Positions 21,901 to 31,295 of a DNA stretch of 64,000 nucleotides are shown piece by piece; the stretch's first letter is position 1, and each line of letters starts with the position of its first letter. This stretch comes from Histomonas meleagridis 2922-C6/04-290x. Taxonomy: Eukaryota > Protista > Parabasalia. The DNA lies in the NCBI GenBank assembly GCA_020184695.1, contig JAANOX010000033.1, positions 124,001 through 188,000 on the forward strand, in the 5' to 3' direction. The notes under the pieces were generated by a model. It was not told where the DNA came from, ran no database searches, and saw nothing but the letters and a program-made list of their open reading frames with translations. The position numbers and the translations under genes were made by a program.

Positions 21901-22020
21901 AAGCCAGACAAAAATCCACCGTATCCAAAGATGAGGCGTTTGCCAATTGTGAAAGTGACAATCGGAGCTATTTCACTTCTGGTAATCATCGAATTTATCT
22001 TCGCTTTCTTCTGTAAGTGA
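18949..22020 (+). CDS. Atypical Hsp70 B: ATPase + SBD-beta + 6 helical repeats + C-terminal TM anchor
   Basis: Motifs: GIDLGTTYS, TVPASFNDGQRQATKDAG, DLGGGTFDVS, LVGGSSKIP, SBD-beta GIPPGPPGSQKIDVNFQIDENNIL. PEPTPTPTP linker. C-terminus IVKVTIGAISLLVIIEFIFAFFCK. Confidence 0.93.
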   Translation: MKNNKRHTTVGIDLGTTYSSISLCIDGQTTIIADNSGNSAIPSYVTFYKDGILVGSSAKNYAPICPQNTIFDSKRMIGLKYKDIVEEKMYWPFEVVERENGLPKIKVNWCDKIRFFYPEQISAQILKQLKTNAEEYLGYEVVDAVITVPASFNDGQRQATKDAGKLAGLNVIRIINEPTAAAIAYGVHNNSPEKKLVLVYDLGGGTFDVSILEAEDNCYTVLATDGNMHLGGQDFDNNMVKHFIKIFNEKNNCDISKDLRARSILKGECEKGKINLTGLKTVPIKCPKLYNGIDLEAVITREEFEDMNKDLFQTTLTTIKNVLIRIGKTPKDIDDIVLVGGSSKIPYVRKMLKAYFGKDPLRGIDPETAVAQGAALIAANIAEGEEKKFKFKDILHHSLGLKVGRDQMDFVLKAGRDIPCNETATYRTIDTNQNRMDLDVYEGENVSVTKNQFLGKIMIEGIPPGPPGSQKIDVNFQIDENNILIINGKLQNSDQNNLLEIMLNKSNLTEQEVIEISEQEKIDNEYFEKLEKTKDDLMNYISEIKNEINNYDDKDNQNIRDAEDKINELEIWFENTDNEYTLKSINEKLNQTKEVIQQLLIPKPTYKLNMYIKQINGNELTIPLSKQLQNIKADIENWINDNKDVGEDEVTIKHNETKDKIDDLFNIQNQINESIKEFNEYIQKEKDSIEENQELYHYIKLELQKVINESEDFIDHEKDNFDNSNEISSKYNEIKDKIKHLYDQQDKLKDLINEFNDYLQKTKDENNELTNNIKQKLERLIEEGENYLNYEKDNYNLDDVNKKYNEIKDKVNKLLNKDKEIKGKIQQFNEYIQNTKDQIKDNKQKIINEVKVEVESKIENVENWLQEEHKLKEINSEFDKFTQDIKLLIGELIIYPEPTPTPTPDNNEEKSEIEIVKSCFNDYIQETLDDIDSGCYNRAEVEKQKEAKNVLTEAKNWVNNDELSVKEVNEKLDQIKKEVLDLIGKPDKNPPYPKMRRLPIVKVTIGAISLLVIIEFIFAFFCK
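19346..20088 (+). repeat. Right arm of inverted near-identical patches shared by the two Hsp70 genes
   Basis: Reverse complement of the patches at 15881-16623 (see that entry). Confidence 0.88.
20550..21900 (+). repeat. Six degenerate helical repeats inside Hsp70 B
   Basis: In-frame W/F/Y codons at 20662, 20860, 21085, 21307, 21538 and 21817 (spacing 66-93 codons) sit in the same helical context as in Hsp70 A. Boundaries are approximate. Confidence 0.8.
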
Positions 22021-22583
22021 TCCATCTGATTGGATTCATCTTTAAAAGTAAAAGATCAATAATTTTGGAAGGTGTTATTTTGTTTTTGAGATAAATAAAA
22101 CATTAGAACATTGGAATTACGCAAGCAGTCGAAATGAATGAAACATTTGCTGAAGTTCTGAATAAATGGGAACAAAAGTGCAAATGTTTTTAATACATAA
22201 ATAGAAAAAAAAAACTTTCGATTTCTGCAATTTGTATATAGCGATCTTCCTACGATCTTGATATCATGAATATATAATATATATACATAGTTGCATCTAT
22301 GATTAAATAAATCTAAGAATAATATCACAATTAGCACAAGATAAATTTATTCTTTCATGAAAGTGACAAAAATCGACTTTTGCATGGTTTATATCGAACG
22401 ATAAAGGCAACGATAAGTGATGATAGAAGCGAATTTGAAATTCAAATATTATCAAATTTTATATATAGAAATTATTCATGTCGGTTCAAATGTGACAAAT
22501 ATCAATTTAAGCGCACTCAAATTTTTAGCGACAACTGGTTTATAAAACATGAATTTTACATCAAAAATAAAAATATTTTTATA

Positions 22584-25500
22584 TTATGAATTTTGTTTCG
22601 TCACCAAAGAATTTGAAGATTGTCCATAAAAGACTTCAAATTCCTTTTCGTCCTTTCCGACTATCATGATTGCCTTATCTGAAGCGCCATAAGCTCTGTC
22701 AATTCCACATTGTGGGTTTGTCTTCAAAAATACAGTACCATTCACAGAACACAAAAACAAAGTATTTTCACTCCAACACCACAAATATCCATTATCCTCA
22801 TCGAACGCACAGCCATTTATTATTTCATCGAATTCTATAACTTTAATTATAACTGATCTTATGAAATCCCATAACACAACTTTTTTCTCAAATGACGTAG
22901 CACACAAATAATCCGTTTCATCAATAGCACTTGATGGTTTTGTATTAGCTACAAAGTAATTCAAGAACATTATATCAAATGGTTTCTTTTTCTTCTTATA
23001 CAAAACTCTATACACAGACGACACTCCAAAGTCATGATCTATAACCAAATAATTACCATTCATTGAAGAATTGATTGAAACAGCAGACAAAAACGAAGAA
23101 TCCTCGAGGATCAGGGGCACCCCTCCAATTTGAATACGTAAAACCGTTGATTTTGGCAAAATCTGTGATTTGAATTGGCAAATGAACGTTGAGCAATTTT
23201 CGGTTTTATAAACCTTAGAAATCTGCTTTTTGAATGGTTGATTTAACGGTATTTTCTTACCTGTCAACAAGTTTTTGAATGTGTTTGATATCCATCTGTT
23301 TAAGTTTATATTTGTTTTAGTGATTTCATCTCTGTTTTCTATGATTGCTTGATAAGCCTCATTCCCTTTAAATACCTCAGGTATTGTGAAATGAGCGAAA
23401 GTAAAAGAAAGAACAAATTCTTCATTACAAATATTAAAAGGATAAATCTTTTCGAAGTTTAACAAAGTTTCGGTGTACAACGAAGGGAATATAATACCAT
23501 TTTCATCATCGATTAAGTTCGACGAATATCTTCCATCGATATAATTAAGTTTTAATAAGAAATCATATGAAGATATTTCGCCATTTAACCATTCTTGAAG
23601 GAAGTTTTGTAGGTTTAAATCATCGAACAAGAACTTTGTTTTAGGCGAATAATCAATTGGCTTCTTGTTCTTAAAGAATGCAAATGCATCTTTAGGTAAA
23701 TCTAAAAGGGAAAACTCAGCTGTATGTTGTATGATTAAATGAAGCATGTTTTCATGTATAGAACTATGAAGGATTTCATTAGTGTTATATTTAAGTATTG
23801 GATGTCCACAAAAGAATGAATATTTTCCATATTCTTTAAGGAAAAGCGATTTAAGAAAGTCATCAAATTCTTTGGTAGGTTCATAATCATTTAATATTAA
23901 ATGATGTTCTGTTTCATTATATGTGGCTAACAATAATATACAGATTTTGGTATTAAATATAAATAAAACACATTCAAACACTTGTGAATATCGTGAAAAT
24001 TTGGTATTAAATGCTTTCTTAAAGATACTTTGTTTTTGATGGAAATTTATAAATGTATATAATGGTATCGTTTTAGATGTAGAGATTATTGAATTATAAT
24101 AAGAAGGATTTACAAAGTCTATTAATGGTAAAAGTGGTGTTTTAGTTTTGATTTTCTCATATGGAAGTAAAGTTGCCAATTTTGTCCTATCGTCGTTCAT
24201 CGGCATTTTTTCAATTAAATTCGGTTGTAAAATTCGAGAAGGATACATCGGCTGAGATAAACCTGCCAATCTTCTTTCTTGTTCTATTGAATATACATTA
24301 TAATCAGAGAGGACACAAGATAACTCAGAAATCCATACATTAGAAGCAAGACTTTCACATACTCTAATTGAAGCTGTAATTGTAAAATCAAACATAAATT
24401 GTATAATTTCTTTAATTTCTTTTTCATGATAATTAATTAACTTTTTAATTATAGTTTGCTTAACATAAGGTATTGAATATTGTAAATAAATAACAAAATC
24501 ATTATAATAACTATCAACATTAAAGTTAATAATATTTTGGAATTTTGATGTGAAATTATGATATAGCGGAACGATAAGCGTATTTAAATAGTTTACAAAC
24601 TCATCGTCTATGTCAATTGTATTTGAAAAGAATTGTTCTTGACCGTTTTTGACGAATTGAGAAATCACATCATAAACGATTTGAGCTTGAGGATGTTTAA
24701 TTTCTTTCACAAAGAACATAGCAAACGATTTTTGGGAGAAATATTCATTATATAATAACCCGAATAAATAAGAAGCATTTGGAGAGAATGAAGTAATATG
24801 AGGATATAATAATATAAACAAAAACAAAGAAAATTTCTTTTTACGATTTAATTGTTGATCGCCCAAAATATTAATTGATCTTCCAAGTGTTGATAACGAA
24901 TTAATGTTAACGAATTGGAATAATATTCCAAATAATACACGTATTGATCTAATAACAATTTTTTGATTAAATTTCGATAAAACTTTTTCGATGAAATCAA
25001 ACAAAGTAGAAATTAAATTCTGTTTAAAGTGATTTGAAACACTTAAAACTTTTGATATAATACATAAAACACAAGAAATCGATTCAGGTTTAATATCCTT
25101 TAAGTATAATGTAAGAGATTCTAATAAATCTGGTAAAATTTTCATCATCAATTGAAAAGGAATTTCTTCGTATTGAAAAGGCGAAAAAAATAAAATGGAA
25201 TTTAACATATTAACTAAATGATTTAATTGTTGATTAATATTACTTGTGATGAAAGAAAGCATAAATTGATGATAATTCATTTTACATAACAAGATAATTT
25301 TATCTTCAATAGTTATTTCATTATTTTGATTTAATTTTACATTACATTTAATGATACAATTATTAATTTGTTTAATTATTTCATTTATTGATTTGGTCTC
25401 TAAAAAGTTTTGATCATTAAAATTTGTTGTTAATGAATATAATTTATTATCAATATTAAAATCATTAATTAATATTTGACAAAAACGATTATATATAATA

Positions 25501-28500
25501 TCTTTCTCTTCAATATTTATATTATCTTCTAAATTCGTTGGGATTTCGATTTGATCAATCGATAATATAAATGGACAATAAATGACTATCGGATTAATTA
25601 TATCATTTGAAGGAATTGTTTTTATTGGAATTGACTTAAATAATGACGAAAGAATATTAAATCCATCGATAACAAATTTTTCTAAAAATGGAATTAAATC
25701 TTTTTCTTGTTTAGTAGAATAACTATACGATAATATAATCGAACCACATAAAACTAATGAAATTGTTGGTACTAAAGCTTTTTCATATGAAATTCTTGAA
25801 TTAGAAAACAAGTTTAATAATGAAATTTCATTATCATCGAAACTATTTGATTTATTATTCATTGTTAATAATGAAAATAGACCAATCCAAATTGATTTTT
25901 GATCAATAACTCGATCTATTTGTAATGGTATATCATATTCGAAATTAGGAAAAGCTGATTTTAAGTCAAACAAAATTTGGAATAATATAAATATTTCATC
26001 AGATGTACCATATGATAATATATGATCAATTAATTCTTGACTAAAATAATTAGTCTCAAGTAATGATCGATGTTTTTCAATTGATTTTAATAATAAAGTT
26101 CGTTGTAATGAAGTAAAATAATTCATAGATTCATTCTGTGATTTTATTGAGAATACATATAATAAAACAAATTTAATTTTATCTTCCATTTTATATTTAA
26201 AGAATATATTTATCATAAATTCAAAAAATTCTTCAACTGGATATGTCTTAGGATAAACAGTTGATATTAATACTAAATAAAATAAACATGTTTTCCTTAT
26301 GAAATATTTGTTAGCTAATTCTTTTGTCTTTAAGTTCTTTGTAATTAAAAATAAAATTGTTTTAACAGAATCAGGTAAAATTTTCATCCATAATTCAACA
26401 TCAAGTGTTAATGAATATATTCGTTTTATTATTTCATCTTCTGGTAAATTTTGGAATATGAAATCAATAATTAAAGTGAAATGTTGTGTATTTAAATTAG
26501 AACTTAATATCTTTATTGTATATATGAAATAATCCCAAAAATTCGGGACTTTAAAGTTATTAATTTTCAAAAAGTTTAATGATATATTTATTAATTTATA
26601 TAATGTGTTAGAATCATTAGTTTTAGATATTAATTTAAAAAATCTTGATAAAAAAATTGGTATTTTTAAAAAGTATAAAAATCCTTGATAAGGTACTAAT
26701 GTAGTATTTTTACCAATTTGAAATTCTTTTAAATGTGAACCTAATAAAATACAATTTTTAAATTTTCCTATATTACCAGGACCATTTTTAATGATATCAT
26801 CAATTATTTTATTTGGAGTTTTAACTTGTTCCATAAAACATTGGATATTTGATGATAAAAACCATGGAGAATCAACAAACTCATCTTTAACACCAAATAT
26901 TGTTGTTGAAATTTTGATTTCATTTGATATATGAAATTTTTGATCATCAATTAATATATTTAATGTTTCTCCATGATAATTTATCGGATTTGTTGTAACA
27001 AATATTAAATGCCATTGATTAACTTTAAAGTTTTGAATAACTTTTTGTATTTTTTTGTATTTTATTGTTAAAGTTTCATTCTCTATTTCAATTAATATTG
27101 AACCTGCTTGAAACATATTTAAAGGTTTTATAAAATTCGAAGATGATTTAAACCAAAAATATATCGAATAATATGGAATATTAATTTCGATATAAGAAAA
27201 TTGTTTATTTGGAAAGAATTCATATAAAGGGAAATGATCAGAATTAACATCAACGAATTCGGAAATGTTTTCAGGATTTTTTAACATTGAAGAAGCAGTT
27301 TCTAAAGTTAAATATCTATTTGCTATTTTTGATAAATTAATTTGTGTATTATTAATCTTTTGATACATTGGTATTGCATATTTACCAATATTTACATAAT
27401 CGAATTGAGATCGAGTATCTATAGGTTGATTTAAGAATGGTATTAATGCTGGTAATGTAAATGGTTCTTTTTTATTATTACCATTAAACATTTGTAAATA
27501 TAATTGATTACTCATATGGAATAAAGGATGTTCTATATTTAACTTTAATAACATTTCATTTAACTTCTTTTTAAATCCATTCGTTGCTAAAAATATAACA
27601 AAATTTGTTAAATCTTGATCAGTAAATTCAGGATTTCCAAATAATGGCTCAAGTAATAAAAGTCCATTAATTTTTATAATCAATGATATCATAAAAGAAT
27701 TACCTACAACTAAAGACATAACAGATGCAAATAATTCTCGTGAATAAGCTTCGGGTAACTTCTTAAAAAACATTATGAATTGTGCTTCTTCTGGATTTAT
27801 AGTTAACATATTAGTAATAAGTTTTATAAATAAATCTATTGGTATTATATATTTCGATGTTGACATTAATTTCGATATTAAAATAGGCTTTTGATCAATA
27901 CTTTTTGTATAAATAAATATTAAAAGGTTTTGAAATGAGATAAATTTGCTTAAAATTGTTCCTAATTCTTCAGATGTTAAATCAGCTAAATAAAAGTTAA
28001 TTAATGAATTTATGGATTCTTCATCTGTTGATATTAAATTGTCTGTAAGCATCTTTTGTAAGATTGGATCAAGTAATTCAAATTCAGGCTTTAAAAAATT
28101 TAATAATTTCAAAAAAATGGTTGTAACGGATTCAAAATTACAATTAACTAATCCTGAAAATAATTGTATTAACATCGGCTTAAAGCCATCTATCCTAAAA
28201 TGTGTATATGAAAAAATATCAACAAAATGGAAATAACGGTTCATCTTTTTGATGTTGATCGTATCGTCGTTTACCAATTCAATTAAAACCGAAAACATGA
28301 AATTATAAACGGATTTGGAAGAATATGAATTATTAAGCTGAAGAGAGATGAATTGGGAAACAGGTTGATTTGGTAAACATGATTCTTTATAGTCATGACT
28401 CTTCATAAGCCTTATAAAGATTATTTTAAAATCATCAGTATCTGTTGAAATAGATTGGAAAATAGTAAAAATTCCATTGACTTTAAGAAGATTATTCATA

Positions 28501-29162
28501 ATTGGACAATAAAATGAAAACTTTTGAATGAAAATGGAGAAAAAATTTAAGACATTAAGAAGTGGTTGTTTGTTTAATACTTTTTGTTTTATAAAGTCAT
28601 GAATATTGGTTACTATTTCCGATGCATGTTGAAGATTAGAATTGTTTTTGAATTGAATAAGATCAAATGAATTATTAAACATTTCAATATATGCTTGATA
28701 TTTTTCATCTATGAATACTGTTGTAACTAGTTCAACAATACATGGATCAAGAACATAATCAAATAAAAAGTCTGGTAAATTTATTAAATGAGAAAAAAGT
28801 TTAAGAGCATTAGCTTTTATGTCTTGATTTTCGGTTTCTTCCATTATGTACTTAAAGAGCATAGTTGTTTTTGGTGTAATAGGTAATTTCTTATGAACAA
28901 ATGAAAATACTAAAAAAGAAGAATAAATTTCATTAATAACATCTGGGTTTGTTATATATGTTTGAAATTTGTTTGTTATCTTTTCACATAAAATCCAACT
29001 AGCTTTTTTGTAATCTTGATTTTCAAGATCGTCTTCAATTATTCGAGAAAACATCTTTATAAATCGAATAAGGGAAACATCGTTGAGATTAATATCATTG
29101 TTTTGGAGAAGTTGATTTATTGTCGAAGTAAAAAAAGTGATATCGCTATTTCCCTCTTCCAT
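22584..29162 (-). CDS. Large BEACH-family-like protein with a degenerate BEACH domain and C-terminal WD40 repeats
   Basis: 2192-codon ATG ORF with a helical N-terminus and a ConA-like segment (YSIYFWFKS...VNQWHLIFVT). It retains the BEACH start EWLNGEISSYDFLLKLNYIDGR and ends in WD40-like repeats (KKVVLWD). Confidence 0.75.
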   Translation of the reverse strand: MEEGNSDITFFTSTINQLLQNNDINLNDVSLIRFIKMFSRIIEDDLENQDYKKASWILCEKITNKFQTYITNPDVINEIYSSFLVFSFVHKKLPITPKTTMLFKYIMEETENQDIKANALKLFSHLINLPDFLFDYVLDPCIVELVTTVFIDEKYQAYIEMFNNSFDLIQFKNNSNLQHASEIVTNIHDFIKQKVLNKQPLLNVLNFFSIFIQKFSFYCPIMNNLLKVNGIFTIFQSISTDTDDFKIIFIRLMKSHDYKESCLPNQPVSQFISLQLNNSYSSKSVYNFMFSVLIELVNDDTINIKKMNRYFHFVDIFSYTHFRIDGFKPMLIQLFSGLVNCNFESVTTIFLKLLNFLKPEFELLDPILQKMLTDNLISTDEESINSLINFYLADLTSEELGTILSKFISFQNLLIFIYTKSIDQKPILISKLMSTSKYIIPIDLFIKLITNMLTINPEEAQFIMFFKKLPEAYSRELFASVMSLVVGNSFMISLIIKINGLLLLEPLFGNPEFTDQDLTNFVIFLATNGFKKKLNEMLLKLNIEHPLFHMSNQLYLQMFNGNNKKEPFTLPALIPFLNQPIDTRSQFDYVNIGKYAIPMYQKINNTQINLSKIANRYLTLETASSMLKNPENISEFVDVNSDHFPLYEFFPNKQFSYIEINIPYYSIYFWFKSSSNFIKPLNMFQAGSILIEIENETLTIKYKKIQKVIQNFKVNQWHLIFVTTNPINYHGETLNILIDDQKFHISNEIKISTTIFGVKDEFVDSPWFLSSNIQCFMEQVKTPNKIIDDIIKNGPGNIGKFKNCILLGSHLKEFQIGKNTTLVPYQGFLYFLKIPIFLSRFFKLISKTNDSNTLYKLINISLNFLKINNFKVPNFWDYFIYTIKILSSNLNTQHFTLIIDFIFQNLPEDEIIKRIYSLTLDVELWMKILPDSVKTILFLITKNLKTKELANKYFIRKTCLFYLVLISTVYPKTYPVEEFFEFMINIFFKYKMEDKIKFVLLYVFSIKSQNESMNYFTSLQRTLLLKSIEKHRSLLETNYFSQELIDHILSYGTSDEIFILFQILFDLKSAFPNFEYDIPLQIDRVIDQKSIWIGLFSLLTMNNKSNSFDDNEISLLNLFSNSRISYEKALVPTISLVLCGSIILSYSYSTKQEKDLIPFLEKFVIDGFNILSSLFKSIPIKTIPSNDIINPIVIYCPFILSIDQIEIPTNLEDNINIEEKDIIYNRFCQILINDFNIDNKLYSLTTNFNDQNFLETKSINEIIKQINNCIIKCNVKLNQNNEITIEDKIILLCKMNYHQFMLSFITSNINQQLNHLVNMLNSILFFSPFQYEEIPFQLMMKILPDLLESLTLYLKDIKPESISCVLCIISKVLSVSNHFKQNLISTLFDFIEKVLSKFNQKIVIRSIRVLFGILFQFVNINSLSTLGRSINILGDQQLNRKKKFSLFLFILLYPHITSFSPNASYLFGLLYNEYFSQKSFAMFFVKEIKHPQAQIVYDVISQFVKNGQEQFFSNTIDIDDEFVNYLNTLIVPLYHNFTSKFQNIINFNVDSYYNDFVIYLQYSIPYVKQTIIKKLINYHEKEIKEIIQFMFDFTITASIRVCESLASNVWISELSCVLSDYNVYSIEQERRLAGLSQPMYPSRILQPNLIEKMPMNDDRTKLATLLPYEKIKTKTPLLPLIDFVNPSYYNSIISTSKTIPLYTFINFHQKQSIFKKAFNTKFSRYSQVFECVLFIFNTKICILLLATYNETEHHLILNDYEPTKEFDDFLKSLFLKEYGKYSFFCGHPILKYNTNEILHSSIHENMLHLIIQHTAEFSLLDLPKDAFAFFKNKKPIDYSPKTKFLFDDLNLQNFLQEWLNGEISSYDFLLKLNYIDGRYSSNLIDDENGIIFPSLYTETLLNFEKIYPFNICNEEFVLSFTFAHFTIPEVFKGNEAYQAIIENRDEITKTNINLNRWISNTFKNLLTGKKIPLNQPFKKQISKVYKTENCSTFICQFKSQILPKSTVLRIQIGGVPLILEDSSFLSAVSINSSMNGNYLVIDHDFGVSSVYRVLYKKKKKPFDIMFLNYFVANTKPSSAIDETDYLCATSFEKKVVLWDFIRSVIIKVIEFDEIINGCAFDEDNGYLWCWSENTLFLCSVNGTVFLKTNPQCGIDRAYGASDKAIMIVGKDEKEFEVFYGQSSNSLVTKQNS

Positions 29163-29238
29163 TTCAACGTTAAGATTAAACGGCTAAAAGACGATAGACT
29201 CAATTGTAAAGCATTCAAAGGTGTATTTCATAAAGATT

Positions 29239-30591
29239 TTATTGTAAATAAGACATTAAAGGAATAACTGCAACATTCGAATCTTCAAAACAAGCAGCAA
29301 CATAATTTCCAGATGGGTCCCATTTTATATCAAAAAGAGGACTTGACCCTTGGAAAGAAGCGACCAAATTTCCCGTTTCTAGATCGGAAACAACAATAAG
29401 CCCACTATTTCCACCAGAAACCAAGAATTTTCCATTTGAAGTCATTGACAAAGAAATCACATTTCCTAAATGATGATAAATTTCTCTAATCAATTCTCCA
29501 GATATAGCATCACACATATAAACAAATCCGTCATGTGACGATGATATAACCAAATTACTGTAAACAGGTGACCATTTCAAACAAGTAATACCACTTTGAT
29601 GGTATTGCAAAACGGTTATTGTTGTAAATTGTGGGGTGACCCAAATTCGTATCGTATTATCTTCACTTCCAGATGCAAGTAAAGAAGAATCACAATTCCA
29701 TGCTACAACACTAACATGATTTGTATGTCCTCCTAATAAAAAATGGTCTCCTTTTACCGAGCAAATTCCAACTGTTCTATCGCCTGAACCTGCTGCAAAT
29801 GTTGTGTTATCTTTCCACGCAATATCTAAAATTGCTTCTTCTGAATTAAAAACATGTTCAACTGATAATGTATTAACATTCCATAGAACAGTTGTTTTAT
29901 CTGCACTCCAGGAAACTAAATATGTGCCTGCTGGATTAAATTTTATATTAAAAACGCTTTTTGTATGTTCGCGAAATTCGCCAATTAATGTTCCGCTACC
30001 TTTATATATACGTACAAAATAATCAAAAGAACCAGCTGCAAATAAATCGCTGTTGGAACTCCAATCAATGGAAGAGATTCCATGTTCTTCTGGATTCTGA
30101 TTTGATGTTTGAATGATTTGATTTCCTGTGTATTTACCATCTCCTAGATACCAGATAATAATAGAACCATCTTCACTTCCAGAAGCAAGACTTTTGCCAT
30201 CTGAAGACCAATCACAAGCATAAACTATCTTTTTGTGACCGTGAAGAATTAATGAATTTGAGGCATCTAGTTTTAAAAATGAACGGATATGTGGATTATA
30301 ATTTGATGAAAAGATATGCGCATCATCTGCAAACATTTCTTCGATTTCATTGATAGATTTATGTAATGGATGTTCGGGATTTGATTTAGCTTCTTTAATG
30401 ATTTTTTCAAGTCTGTTAAATAAAAGCGCTTTTTGAAGTAAAGTTATAAGAGTATTTGATGGAATCTGTGAATCTGTAGAATCAAAACTATCTAACATAG
30501 ATTCTTTCTTAAAAATAAAGGCCGAATGTTGAAAGCCATTTTCGTTCATGTAACGCCATATGATTTTATTGATTTCTTGTGGAAGCGCCAT
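29239..30591 (-). CDS. TBL1: LisH-WD40 protein, TBL1/SIF2-like
   Basis: N-terminal LisH EINKIIWRYMNENGFQHSAFIF and LITLLQKAL, then about 8 WD40 repeats (GHKKIVYACDWS...LASGSEDGSIIIW). Confidence 0.8.
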   Translation of the reverse strand: MALPQEINKIIWRYMNENGFQHSAFIFKKESMLDSFDSTDSQIPSNTLITLLQKALLFNRLEKIIKEAKSNPEHPLHKSINEIEEMFADDAHIFSSNYNPHIRSFLKLDASNSLILHGHKKIVYACDWSSDGKSLASGSEDGSIIIWYLGDGKYTGNQIIQTSNQNPEEHGISSIDWSSNSDLFAAGSFDYFVRIYKGSGTLIGEFREHTKSVFNIKFNPAGTYLVSWSADKTTVLWNVNTLSVEHVFNSEEAILDIAWKDNTTFAAGSGDRTVGICSVKGDHFLLGGHTNHVSVVAWNCDSSLLASGSEDNTIRIWVTPQFTTITVLQYHQSGITCLKWSPVYSNLVISSSHDGFVYMCDAISGELIREIYHHLGNVISLSMTSNGKFLVSGGNSGLIVVSDLETGNLVASFQGSSPLFDIKWDPSGNYVAACFEDSNVAVIPLMSYLQ

Positions 30592-31295
30592 CCGAACCTG
30601 GATTTTGACAAACGTTCTCGAAAAATAAAGTATACAAACATGACATCACAAAACTGTCCAACACTTCACCCCAATTTGAGAGTTCGCACAATTTAGTTTA
30701 AAATTAGTTTGTTTATTCTAAAGATAAAAATAACACACTTTAAATGCGCACATAAAAATTAATATATGAAATTAATTTGCATCGAAATGATATCATAAAA
30801 TTTTTGCATTTTATCAAGAGTGGAATGATGTTAAAATAATACTATTTTTCATGCATTAGAAATTTTTGTTGATAAAATTTATTTAATGTAAAGTGATGCA
30901 GAAAGGTTTCCCAAACAGATCTTCAGTTTTTGAATATAAATCCGATGATTTTTCATTCATTCGATTCTATCGTTGGGAAATTTTTTTCAAATTTGGGGTT
31001 AACAAAGAATAGGAAACACTTTTTTAGTACTATTGTTTGATATAAATCAATACTGATACAGAATTAATTAATATTCTAATTTATGAATTCATTATTTTTA
31101 TTTGTTATTTTTAGTCTAAGTCAATTTACATAAAAAAGAAAAATATGATAAATTCATGAAGAAATCACATGAAATATTAAAGCATTATGAAGAACTACTT
31201 AAATAAAATGTTAAATCATTAACAGGACAAGTCAATAAAAATCCAAAAAATGATTAAATATTGCTAAATTGAACTAATTTGAATGTACAAATAAA

